A stretch of 64,000 bases of DNA, taken from positions 20,583 to 84,582 of the forward strand of contig JAPKYS010000054.1 of assembly GCA_026394195.1 (NCBI GenBank), given 5' to 3'. The notes under the pieces were generated by a model. The model did no database searches. It had not been told where the DNA came from and saw only the letters and a program-made list of their open reading frames with translations. How positions within the stretch are numbered: position 1 is the stretch's first letter; every line of letters begins with the position of its first letter. The position numbers and the translations under genes are program-made. This stretch comes from a bacterium (GTDB taxonomy: Bacteria; Electryoneota; B3-LCP). Positions 7,183 to 16,193 of the stretch are shown in pieces.

Positions 7183-10014
7183 ATGCTGAGCAACAGGAAA
7201 ACCTACTCTCTGGTCATCTGCCTGCTTTTTTTATTTTCAATGGTCGCATGGGCTTCCGACACCATCACCTTCGAAGATAATTGGGGCAATGCAGGATTCA
7301 ACCTGATGTCACAGGACGCGGCGGCGGTCGAAGTCGTCTATTCGGTGCCTGCAGTGACTCTGGAAGACATCAATATCAACGGCGAAATGATGCAGGACCT
7401 CATCATTTCAGGCGTCATGCTTCCCAACGATGCCGGCGCACCGAATCTGCCCGGAACCGGCAGGTACATCGCCATTCCGCAGGGCTCCAAAGCGGAAGTC
7501 GTAGTTTTGGATTACCGCAGCACGGTTCTGCACAATATCAATGTCGCTCCGGCGTTCGTCATCCCGCGCGATACGGATAAATCTCCACTGAAGTATCTGA
7601 AAAATCCGAACATTTACAACACCGACGCCAACTTCCCCGCTGAACCGGTGATGATGAGCAAGCAGACCCAGATCCGCGGCGTCGACGTGGTCATTTTAGG
7701 TATCACGCCCTTCCAGTACAATCCGGTGACCAAAGATCTGACGGTTTATCAGGATATCCGAGTCAAAGTGAATTTCATCGGTGGTAACGGGCATTTCGGC
7801 GAAGACCGCCTGCGCAGCCGCTGGTGGGATCCCGTGCTGGCTCAAAACCTGCTGAACTTCAGCTCGCTGCCTCCGTTACCGAAGCAGCCAGTACTCAACC
7901 TTACCGACGATACCAACGTCGAATACCTGATCATCATCCCCGATGATCCCGCTTTCATCGCCTGGGCTGACACGCTGAAGAATTGGCGCAACCAGCAGGG
8001 TATTCGCACCGGCGTCACCCGCCTGTCCGAAATGGGCGGTAACGTCTACACCAGCATCAAGAACTACATCACCAACGCTTACAATACCTGGACTATTCCT
8101 CCGGTAGCAGTGCTCATCCTATCCGATTATCAATCCTCCGGCGATACTTACGGCATCACCGCCAATACGTACTCCTACAGCTATACTTGCGTATCGGATA
8201 ATTTCTACGCCGACGTCAACAACAACCAGCTCCCGGATCTCGCCATTGGGCGCATCTGCGCGCAGAACAACACCCAGTTGCAGACCATGATCGGTAAAAT
8301 GCTGACCTATGAACGCACTCCGGTGACCAGCCCCACTTTTTACGATCATCCGGTTACTGCCGGAGGTTGGCAGACTGAACGCTGGTTCATCCTCTGTACA
8401 GAAGTAATCTGGGGTTATCTGCACAATGTCAAGGGGCAGAATCCTGTGCGTGAATACGCCATCTACAGCGGTACTCCGGGGTCATCCTGGTCGTCCAATG
8501 CCAACACCTACATGGTAGTCAATCATTATGGCCCCAGCGGATTGGGTTACATCCCCGCCACCCCGTCCTATTTGACGGATTGGGGCGCCAATGCCACCCG
8601 GGTCAATGCCGACATCAATGCCGGAGCCTGGCTGGTGCAGCACCGCGACCACGGCATGGAAACGGGGTGGGGCGAACCCAATTATACCGTCAACAACTTG
8701 AGCGCTCTGTACAACACGCAGTATCCCTATGTGATCTCCGCCAACTGCCTGTCAGGCAAGTTCAACTGGAGCGGCACCTGCTTTGTGGAAGCCATGCACC
8801 GCAGCACCTATGGAGCCGTTGGCCTTCTGAGCGCCTCTGAGACGTCCTACTCGTTCGTCAACGACGTGTTCTGCTGGGGTGTATACGACTGCATGATGCC
8901 CGATTTCGATCCCGATTATGGTTCGATGTGGCAAGAGGCTAACATGCCTGCGTTCGGTAACGCCAGTGGTAAATACTACCTGCAAGCATCCAGTTGGCCA
9001 TATAATCCAACCAACAAGGATGAGACCTACTACCTCTTCCATCACTTCGGCGACACCTTCATGACGCTCTATTCGGCCGTACCGCAGAATCTGACCGTCA
9101 GTCATGCCGCCTCGCTCCCCAGTGGATCATCGACCTTCAGTGTAACCGCCAACGCCGGATCGTACATCGGCTTGAGCGTCAATGGTCAGTACATCGGCAG
9201 CGCCGATGGAACCGGATCGCCGGTTAACGTAACCATCGTACCGCAGTCCCCGGGCGCTACCGTCCGCGTGACCGTCACTAAGGCGAACTACTTCCGTTAC
9301 ATGGCGGATATCCCTGTCAGCGCTGGCGGTCCACCCAGCATGCAGAACAATGTGACGCCCATTAATCCGCCCATCGTCATCCCGGCTAACGGCGGCAGCT
9401 TCCAGTACACCCTCAACGTAACCAACGTGGGCAGTTCCACTCAGAGCTTCGACGTTTGGAACAAGGTGCGCACCGCCGGAAACGTGTACTACGACGTCTG
9501 GGGTCCGGTGAACCGTTCATTACCCGCAAGCGCCAACCCCACGCGCATCCTGACACAATCGATCGCTTCCACGATTCCTTCGGGCACGCTGACCTTCCTC
9601 TCCTACATCGGCTACTACCCGAGTACCATCGCCGACAGCGGTTACTTCACCATCACCAAGTCGGCTTTGGCAGATGGCGGTCCGTTTGTCTCGGAATCGA
9701 ACTCCTACGGCAGCTTCCTGGAAGAATATATGGTGAACAGCAGCTCTATCCCGCTGGAATTCGCTCTGCAGGGAGCCTCCCCCAACCCCTTCAATCCGTC
9801 TACCAACATCAGCTTCTCGCTGGCGACCGACGGCATCGTCAACCTGACCGTCTATGACGTTTCGGGCCGAGCCGTCGCCACACTGGTCGACGGATACCGC
9901 CAGGCGGGTCCCCAAGAAGTCACCTTCGACGGAACCGGTTTAGCCTCCGGCGTCTACGTCTACCAGTTGACTTCCGGCGATCAGACTGCATCCGGAAAAT
10001 TGGTGCTGCTGTAG
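7183..10014 (+). CDS. Gingipain-like C25 cysteine peptidase (propeptide, catalytic, Ig-like and T9SS-like CTD)
   Basis: GGAGG RBS, signal peptide, propeptide GAPNLP..PFQYNPV, LAIGRI, catalytic HRDHG and ANCLSG, HHFGD, and C-terminal PNPFNP..GVYVYQL..KLVLL. Confidence 0.92.
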   Translation: MLSNRKTYSLVICLLFLFSMVAWASDTITFEDNWGNAGFNLMSQDAAAVEVVYSVPAVTLEDININGEMMQDLIISGVMLPNDAGAPNLPGTGRYIAIPQGSKAEVVVLDYRSTVLHNINVAPAFVIPRDTDKSPLKYLKNPNIYNTDANFPAEPVMMSKQTQIRGVDVVILGITPFQYNPVTKDLTVYQDIRVKVNFIGGNGHFGEDRLRSRWWDPVLAQNLLNFSSLPPLPKQPVLNLTDDTNVEYLIIIPDDPAFIAWADTLKNWRNQQGIRTGVTRLSEMGGNVYTSIKNYITNAYNTWTIPPVAVLILSDYQSSGDTYGITANTYSYSYTCVSDNFYADVNNNQLPDLAIGRICAQNNTQLQTMIGKMLTYERTPVTSPTFYDHPVTAGGWQTERWFILCTEVIWGYLHNVKGQNPVREYAIYSGTPGSSWSSNANTYMVVNHYGPSGLGYIPATPSYLTDWGANATRVNADINAGAWLVQHRDHGMETGWGEPNYTVNNLSALYNTQYPYVISANCLSGKFNWSGTCFVEAMHRSTYGAVGLLSASETSYSFVNDVFCWGVYDCMMPDFDPDYGSMWQEANMPAFGNASGKYYLQASSWPYNPTNKDETYYLFHHFGDTFMTLYSAVPQNLTVSHAASLPSGSSTFSVTANAGSYIGLSVNGQYIGSADGTGSPVNVTIVPQSPGATVRVTVTKANYFRYMADIPVSAGGPPSMQNNVTPINPPIVIPANGGSFQYTLNVTNVGSSTQSFDVWNKVRTAGNVYYDVWGPVNRSLPASANPTRILTQSIASTIPSGTLTFLSYIGYYPSTIADSGYFTITKSALADGGPFVSESNSYGSFLEEYMVNSSSIPLEFALQGASPNPFNPSTNISFSLATDGIVNLTVYDVSGRAVATLVDGYRQAGPQEVTFDGTGLASGVYVYQLTSGDQTASGKLVLL

Positions 10015-10020
10015 TAGCAT

Positions 10021-10340
10021 TCAGCACTCAGCAATCAGCAATCAGTAGGGGCGCAGCGTGCTGCGCCCCTTTTTAGTGCCCCATTCATGGGGTATGTCAG
10101 TCGTAGCACACTGCTTCAGCGGTGCGCGGGGAATGGTTTGTCTTTGACACGTCCGTTTCAGCGGACTGAAGGTTATAAGCCCGGGAATTCATTCCCGGGA
10201 GCGTCATGGAAGCAGGTGATTCCCGACGCGTCCCTTCGAGACTTGCGGGAATGACACCATTTCTTGGGTCGGGGCAAAGCCCGACCACTACGCGGCGTTT
10301 TCATCAGCGTAATCAGTGTCATCCGTGTAATCAGCGATTC
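10021..10340. repeat. Intergenic stack of at least six repeat families
   Basis: TCAGCAM heptamers, GTAG REP 10045-10070, GCCCCATTCATGGGG family, CCCGGGAATTCATTCCCGGG (also at about 60256), GATTCCC..GGGAATGAC, GGTCGGG..CCCGACC-ACTAC, and ATCAGCGTA nonamers. Confidence 0.85.
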
Positions 10341-10420
10341 AGACAATTTTCCCAGCGTCAGGTCTCTGTTCCGGCAACTGTCAAACTTTCACTGATTAGC
10401 GACAATACTCAAATCTCCCC

Positions 10421-10449
10421 TTGCCATATTTCGTTAATATTAGTATATT
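10421..10449 (+). promoter_or_regulatory. sigma70-type promoter
   Basis: TTGCCA 10421-10426, 17-nt spacer, TATATT 10444-10449. Confidence 0.65.
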
Positions 10450-10490
10450 AGAGTGCTTTCACACTTTCTCAACCTTCTCGGAGACTCTGA

Positions 10491-12551
10491 ATGCCGCATA
10501 CTCTGACACCCCTCTACCAACCACAAAACGTCGCCATAGTGGGAGCATCATCCAACCCGAAAAAGCTGGGACATCGCCTGCTGCAGAACCTGGTCGATTA
10601 CGGTTTCCGGGGGAAGATTTATCCCGTCAATCCCAGCGGAAACGACATTCTGGGTCTGCAGACCTTAAAATCCCTGCAGGATCTCGTTCGCCCGGTTGAC
10701 CTGGTCATCATCTGCACCCCCAGTCAGTACGTATTGGGGATTCTCGAAGATGCCGCCAGTGTCGGTTGCAAGTGCGCCGTAGTGCTATCATCCGGCTTCG
10801 GAGAAACCGGCAGCGACGGCAAAAACACTGAAGAATCCATCGAAGCTCTCTGCCAGAGTTCGGGACTGAGAATCCTGGGACCCAATTGCATGGGCGTGTA
10901 CAATGTCAACGACAACCTGAACGCCACCTGCTTCAAGGAACTGCCGCGTACTCCCGGACCCGTCTCCATTATCAGCCAATCCGGCGCATTCGGCGGATTA
11001 TCCTTCCGTGAATTAGCGTTACGTGAGATCGGTATTGCGAAGTTTATTTCGGTGGGAAATCAGCTGGATATTTCTTTTACCGATCTTTTAGACCTGTTGT
11101 GTGAAGATGAAAATACCAAGGTCGTCGGTCTGTTTATCGAAGCTGTAAAAGAGGGCTTTCCCTTCTTGGGCGCTCTTTCCCGGCTGGCAAACACCCGCCC
11201 GGTGGTTGTATTAAAAGCCGGGCATGATGATGCAGGGATACATGCTGCCTCGACTCATACGGGATCTCAGGTGGGCAGATATGCCGTTTACAGATCCGTG
11301 CTGAAAGAAGCCGGCGCTCTGATCGTCGATGATTCTGAGCAGTTTTTTGATGCGCTTCAGGTTCTGGCGCTTCAGCCCCCCCTCAACGGTTATCGTGTCG
11401 CCATCATGTCAACCTCTGCAGGACCAAGCATGCTGGCTTCTGATTCATGCGTTGACCTTGGCATCACCGTCCCGCGCTTTCCGTATGAATTACAAAACCA
11501 GCTCAGAGAATTGACTTCTACCCACGAGGCTGTTTCCAACCCCGTTGCCATGACCTGCCAGATGGACCCCGGCAATTATGGTCCCGCCGTAGATCTGGTC
11601 CTCGGTCAAAAGAAGATTGACGGCGCCATCGCCATCAATGCCTTCATCGACAGACCGGAGTTCGCGCAAGGCTTTATTTCCGCCGCGAAAAAATATAAAA
11701 AACCTGTTATAGCTTTCGCTGTGGATGCTCCGGATACCGCCACCGCTTTCAAACAGGCCGGCATCCCCATTTACCCCACTCCGGAAAGAGCTGTCAGAGC
11801 CTACAGAGTGCTCTTGGATTACACTCTGGGATTGGTATCGAAAAAATTCCAAAGGAAAATCACTCCCGGGAAACCGGCGCGCACACTGCGCCAATTCCGG
11901 CAGGATAACCCTGACCAATTTCTGATCCCGGAAGCATTAGTTAAAAAATCGTTGGCTGAATACGGCATCCCCGTGGTGGATGAACAGGTGGTCAAAATCT
12001 GGAGTACGACGCTGCGCGCGGCTCAGGACATCGGATTTCCTATCGCCCTTAAAGTGCATTCGGCAGATTTCCCGCTGCACCGATCTGAAATTGGCGGGAC
12101 TGTGTTGGGTATTGAGACTGAAGATGCCTTGAGAAATGCCTGGCACACACTCAACCGTGAATTTCCTACAGATGATCTGCTGGCGCAGCGCCAGGTGCCG
12201 CCTGGGATTGAGATCGTAATCGAAGCGGAACGCGACCCGGTTTTCGGACCTGTTATCACCATGGGTTTGCGAGGAGCGTTTAGGGATATTTTTAATGACG
12301 TTGTACTGGGCGTCTGTCCTTTGAGCCGGGCTCAGGTCCTGCGCATGATCCGGTCTCTGAAAGGACATAAGATACTGGATAGTTATTCTAACCAACCGGC
12401 AGTCGAGGAGAACGCTCTGGTGGACGTCATGCTGCAAGTCTCCGATTTTATGCTTGCCAATCCAGATGCGCAAAAGCTATCCATCGACCCCTTGATAGGC
12501 AACGAGAAAAGCATCGTAGTCGTGGATGCAACCATCGAAGTAAGTCATTAA
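10491..12551 (+). CDS. Acyl-CoA synthetase (NDP-forming)/acetate-CoA ligase, fused alpha-beta
   Basis: CoA-binding VAIVGAS..KLG..YPVNP, ILGPNCMG, SQSGAFG, phospho-His AASTHTGS, and a C-terminal ATP-grasp (IGFPIALKV, DPVFGPVI). Confidence 0.9.
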   Translation: MPHTLTPLYQPQNVAIVGASSNPKKLGHRLLQNLVDYGFRGKIYPVNPSGNDILGLQTLKSLQDLVRPVDLVIICTPSQYVLGILEDAASVGCKCAVVLSSGFGETGSDGKNTEESIEALCQSSGLRILGPNCMGVYNVNDNLNATCFKELPRTPGPVSIISQSGAFGGLSFRELALREIGIAKFISVGNQLDISFTDLLDLLCEDENTKVVGLFIEAVKEGFPFLGALSRLANTRPVVVLKAGHDDAGIHAASTHTGSQVGRYAVYRSVLKEAGALIVDDSEQFFDALQVLALQPPLNGYRVAIMSTSAGPSMLASDSCVDLGITVPRFPYELQNQLRELTSTHEAVSNPVAMTCQMDPGNYGPAVDLVLGQKKIDGAIAINAFIDRPEFAQGFISAAKKYKKPVIAFAVDAPDTATAFKQAGIPIYPTPERAVRAYRVLLDYTLGLVSKKFQRKITPGKPARTLRQFRQDNPDQFLIPEALVKKSLAEYGIPVVDEQVVKIWSTTLRAAQDIGFPIALKVHSADFPLHRSEIGGTVLGIETEDALRNAWHTLNREFPTDDLLAQRQVPPGIEIVIEAERDPVFGPVITMGLRGAFRDIFNDVVLGVCPLSRAQVLRMIRSLKGHKILDSYSNQPAVEENALVDVMLQVSDFMLANPDAQKLSIDPLIGNEKSIVVVDATIEVSH

Positions 12552-12610
12552 AAAATAAGATTCCTCTGGGGTGTAACGAACCTACCACCAAGAATGCAAG
12601 GATTCTCCTC

Positions 12611-13024
12611 ATGGACATGAAAAAGGTTCTGGATAAAGCCAAAGATCTCCACGATCAAGCCAAGGAAGCCGGCAAGGATACGCTGCAATCCGCTCTGGAC
12701 GCCTCGCTTGAAGAACTGCAAGGCTTGCGCCCCATCCTGGCGAAATGTGGATTCAGCATCAACAATATCAGCATCACCATCTCCATCCCTCCCAACGTTG
12801 TGCTTACCATTAAGCATGACCGGGAAGAAGCCATGGGGCTCGCTGAGATGGAGAAATCTACGGAGCTGACCAAGATGCAGTCTCTCGTGGTTAAATCTTT
12901 GAAAAACACCTATGAATACAGTGGAATGTTTGAGAAGTACGGCTACGTGATCGGAACCATCAGCGTAACTGTAACGATAATTCCCAAAATTACAATCAGC
13001 CTCGTCACTATCAGCGGCAAATAG
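12611..13024 (+). CDS. Hypothetical protein with an internal duplicated motif
   Basis: 137-aa ORF with host-like codon usage. Two copies of a KxGF/Y-x-I-xx-ISI/VTI/V-xI-P motif. Confidence 0.7.
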   Translation: MDMKKVLDKAKDLHDQAKEAGKDTLQSALDASLEELQGLRPILAKCGFSINNISITISIPPNVVLTIKHDREEAMGLAEMEKSTELTKMQSLVVKSLKNTYEYSGMFEKYGYVIGTISVTVTIIPKITISLVTISGK

Positions 13025-13084
13025 CGCCTTCCTGAGCTGGTTGGGCTTCCCCTTCCCTGCTGCAGTGACCGAAAGGACTTCAAA

Positions 13085-13654
13085 ATGAAGAAGCTGCCTG
13101 GTCTGATAGTATCAACCGCCATGTTTACCATCAACCTGATCGCGCCGGCGGGTTCTGCTAATATAGATACAACCAACCCGCCGTTGACAACCGTGGATCG
13201 CGTCGATCTGCATCGCTACCTCGGGCTCTGGTATGAGATCGCCAAGATTCCCAATACCTTCCAGAAGAAGTGCGCTGGCGGTACCACCGCCTTTTACACT
13301 CTACGCTCAGATGGGAAAATTGACGTGACCAACCGCTGCACCGGCGGGAAGGGACAAGCCTATCAAGCCAATGGCATCGCTCGCATCATCGACGCGCAGA
13401 GTAACGCCAGGCTGCAGGTGAGCTTCGTCCGGATTTTAGGCATTTCATTCTTTTGGGGAGATTACTGGATCATCGGTCTGGACGATGACTACGAGTGGGC
13501 AATCGTCGGACATCCTAAGCGTAAGTATGGCTGGATTCTCAGCCGCACACCCCGGCTTAGCGAATCCACCTTCAAGAGGATATTTGCCATTCTAGGAGAA
13601 AAAGGGTACGACCCGGCCGCGTTTGAGATGACATTGCAGCCCGAAAAAGAATGA
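13085..13654 (+). CDS. blc: Bacterial lipocalin
   Basis: VDLHRYLGLWYEIAK, GDYWIIGLDDDYEWAIVG, WILSRTP. Confidence 0.92.
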   Translation: MKKLPGLIVSTAMFTINLIAPAGSANIDTTNPPLTTVDRVDLHRYLGLWYEIAKIPNTFQKKCAGGTTAFYTLRSDGKIDVTNRCTGGKGQAYQANGIARIIDAQSNARLQVSFVRILGISFFWGDYWIIGLDDDYEWAIVGHPKRKYGWILSRTPRLSESTFKRIFAILGEKGYDPAAFEMTLQPEKE

Positions 13655-13772
13655 CGCATTGAAAGGTGATCGTTCGCCCAGGGCGAGTGATCGCGATTAA
13701 TCTGACTAAAGGAGATTCTCCAACAGGCTGATCACCTAAATAACCATTCTGAACCAACAAAGAGGGAAGAAT

Positions 13773-14144
13773 ATGTCTGATACTGAAAATGTTCACGGCG
13801 GCTTCTGGAAAGGGCTGCTGATCGGCGGCTTGATCGGAGCGGCAATCAGTCTCCTCTACGCTCCCAAGGCCGGAAAAGAGTTGCGCGCCGACCTCAAACG
13901 TAAAGGCGGCGAAGCCTTGGATGATGCTCAGAAACTGTTCCAGGAGGCGCGCACGAAAGCCGACGCTATCATGGAAGAAGCTCGCAGCAAAGCCAGAGAA
14001 GTGATGCTCGCAGCGGAAGAGAAAGCCGTCAAAGTCGGCGAGACCGCAAAAAAAGAGGTCAAGCGCGCCAAACAGGCTGTGGAAGCAGGAGTCGACGCCG
14101 CTCGCCAGGAATACACCAGGGCAAAAGACGACAAACAAGTCTAA
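13773..14144 (+). CDS. YtxH domain-containing protein
   Basis: GLLIGGLIGAAISLLYAPKAGKELR followed by a coiled coil. Confidence 0.9.
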   Translation: MSDTENVHGGFWKGLLIGGLIGAAISLLYAPKAGKELRADLKRKGGEALDDAQKLFQEARTKADAIMEEARSKAREVMLAAEEKAVKVGETAKKEVKRAKQAVEAGVDAARQEYTRAKDDKQV

Positions 14145-14162
14145 CCTTAAAGGATCGCTGTT

Positions 14163-14543
14163 ATGGTTATTAACATAAGCGTGGCAGTCATCGCGCTGGT
14201 CATGCTGGCGGCGGTGGCTTTCCTTATTCCCGTGTTGCTCCAGGTTCGACGCACCGCTCGAGAAGCAGAAAAAACTCTGGAAGTCGTCCGGCAGCATATC
14301 GTCCCCATCGGTCACGACCTGACGATAATTTCGCAGAGAATCAGCGATGTCCTGGCGACCGTCCAGAGCCAGGTTGAAAAAGTCGATCAGAGTCTTACCG
14401 CCGTTCGTGATTCTGCATTGGTCTTCCGCGACTTCGAGAAGAACCTCTTTCAAAACATTCAGGAACCGTTAGGCGAGGTGTCCGCGTTGATCAGCGGGAT
14501 TGTCAGGGGAGTTGCGTCCTTTACCGGTCTGCTGCGTCGGTAG
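14163..14543 (+). CDS. DUF948/YoxC-like membrane-anchored protein
   Basis: N-terminal TM helix followed by a coiled coil; typical neighbour of ytxH. Confidence 0.75.
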   Translation: MVINISVAVIALVMLAAVAFLIPVLLQVRRTAREAEKTLEVVRQHIVPIGHDLTIISQRISDVLATVQSQVEKVDQSLTAVRDSALVFRDFEKNLFQNIQEPLGEVSALISGIVRGVASFTGLLRR

Positions 14544-14685
14544 ATCTATCTTTCTTTGCTTTCGCGTCAGGTCAAGTCCCGTTTCAACAGGACGCGGCCT
14601 GACGCTTTTATTTTCAGCCTGATGCCACGTCTTATTACATTTCTTGAAAATGATCTCCAATCGCACATATTCCACACACAAAGCC

Positions 14686-14755
14686 GTCATTCCTCCGCCT
14701 CTGGCGGATCGGGAATCCAACGGCGTGTCTGATTCCGGACCAGCCGGAATGACAC
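14686..14755. repeat. GTCATTCC-family element with nested TCCGCCTCTGGCGGA
   Basis: Reverse-complement match to 736-776. Confidence 0.85.
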
Positions 14756-14892
14756 GCTTCTATATCGGAAATTACTTCCAAGAACTGGTATAAGAGCGAG
14801 AAGATTTTGTGAATTTTTTCGAAATCTGAACTTTTCTCCTCCTTCGGACGTATCACTAAAAAAATCGGAAAGCTATCTATCCACATCAAGAC

Positions 14893-16191
14893 ATGAAGCA
14901 ATTAACGATTTTCGTCCTGCTGATCGCATTTTTTCTATCCGCCCCCGCCACTGCTCAGCCTGACCCCGATAGTCTGCTGGCAGCCTATATCCAGGAAGCC
15001 TGGACCAACCACCCTGACCTGAAAGCCATGCAAGCCATGGTTTCCGCCGACAGCAGCAGAGTTGGAATGAGCGGATCATGGATGAATCCCGAACTCAGAA
15101 TCGGCTTGATGAACCTGCCCGATACTTTCAATCTCTGGTCCGATCCCATGACCATGCTACAGGTGGGCATCATGCAGCAAATCCCCTTTCCCGGCAAGCT
15201 GCATCGCGCAGCCAGGGCTGAACAAGCTCGCACGGCAGCAGCTCGCGCCGACTTGGAACGCGGCAGAGACGAGATGGCGGCTATGGTGGCGATGGCATTC
15301 TACGATCTGGCTGCGGCTTACCAGATAAGAACCGCCATGCTGCAGGGGCAAACTTTAGCCGATCAGATGACCCAATCCGCCGCTCTGATGGTCGGTTCGG
15401 GCATGGGAGCCCAATCCGATCTATACAAGGCGCGGTTGGATGAGGAGCAGTGGAAACTGAAGCTGTCTACCAATCAGGATGAGATCGAACAGAAGCGATC
15501 TACGCTGGCTTACGCACTGGGACGCTCCGATGCTCAAGCCATTGCCGATGTGATTCTCCCAAATCAACCACCTCCACTGCCAGATCCCCTTACTTCCTTC
15601 GATGATTCGCCCGGGCTCCGCAGTTCTCAATTGTTAGTCCAGGCTGCCCAGAGCTCGCTTGAACGGGCGCGGCTGGATTACTATCCAGACGTTAACGTCA
15701 TGCTGGCGTACGGTTTGCGCGGCGATCTGAAAGTCGGCAGCATGGGAAATCCGATGAACGAGCCCTTGAAACAGGATAACATGATTTCCCTGGAACTCTC
15801 TTTCCCCATCCCGCTTTTTTATCGTGGGAACCAGGCTGCTAAAACTCAGGAAATGGGAGCGATGCTGACTCAAAGTCAGAATGTCTATCAGAAAATCCGC
15901 CTGGAAAAACGGCGGGAGTTGGACCAAATTTACGCACATTGGAAATCAAAACTCGATAATTATCATACGACGGTTGAACGCATTTTACCCGCAGCCGATA
16001 ATCTCTGGAATTCAACCTTGAATGACTACAGAGCCGGCAAAGTGACGATCATGAACCTGGCGCAGGCTCGCATGAGCCTGGTGATGGCTCGTATGGATGC
16101 AGCCATGCTGCTGGCGGATACCTGGGCTCTGCGTGGACAGTGGCAGGCTGCGTTGGGAATGCCGCTGGTCGAATCCAAGGAAGGAAATTAA
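14893..16191 (+). CDS. TolC-family outer-membrane efflux protein (CusC-like)
   Basis: Signal peptide, NHPDL, QQIPFPGKL, YYPDV, FPIPLF and YRAGK; Met-rich; first gene of an RND operon. Confidence 0.88.
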   Translation: MKQLTIFVLLIAFFLSAPATAQPDPDSLLAAYIQEAWTNHPDLKAMQAMVSADSSRVGMSGSWMNPELRIGLMNLPDTFNLWSDPMTMLQVGIMQQIPFPGKLHRAARAEQARTAAARADLERGRDEMAAMVAMAFYDLAAAYQIRTAMLQGQTLADQMTQSAALMVGSGMGAQSDLYKARLDEEQWKLKLSTNQDEIEQKRSTLAYALGRSDAQAIADVILPNQPPPLPDPLTSFDDSPGLRSSQLLVQAAQSSLERARLDYYPDVNVMLAYGLRGDLKVGSMGNPMNEPLKQDNMISLELSFPIPLFYRGNQAAKTQEMGAMLTQSQNVYQKIRLEKRRELDQIYAHWKSKLDNYHTTVERILPAADNLWNSTLNDYRAGKVTIMNLAQARMSLVMARMDAAMLLADTWALRGQWQAALGMPLVESKEGN

Positions 16192-16193
16192 CC

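Noticed and set aside
10021-10699. Short ORFs over the repeat stack, and a possible CRISPR array
   Set aside because: The ORFs are translations of palindromes. There are no regularly spaced identical repeats with unique spacers, and no cas genes.
13572-14453. 293-aa minus-strand ORF
   Set aside because: Antisense shadow of ytxH and the DUF948-like gene, with no recognisable motifs.
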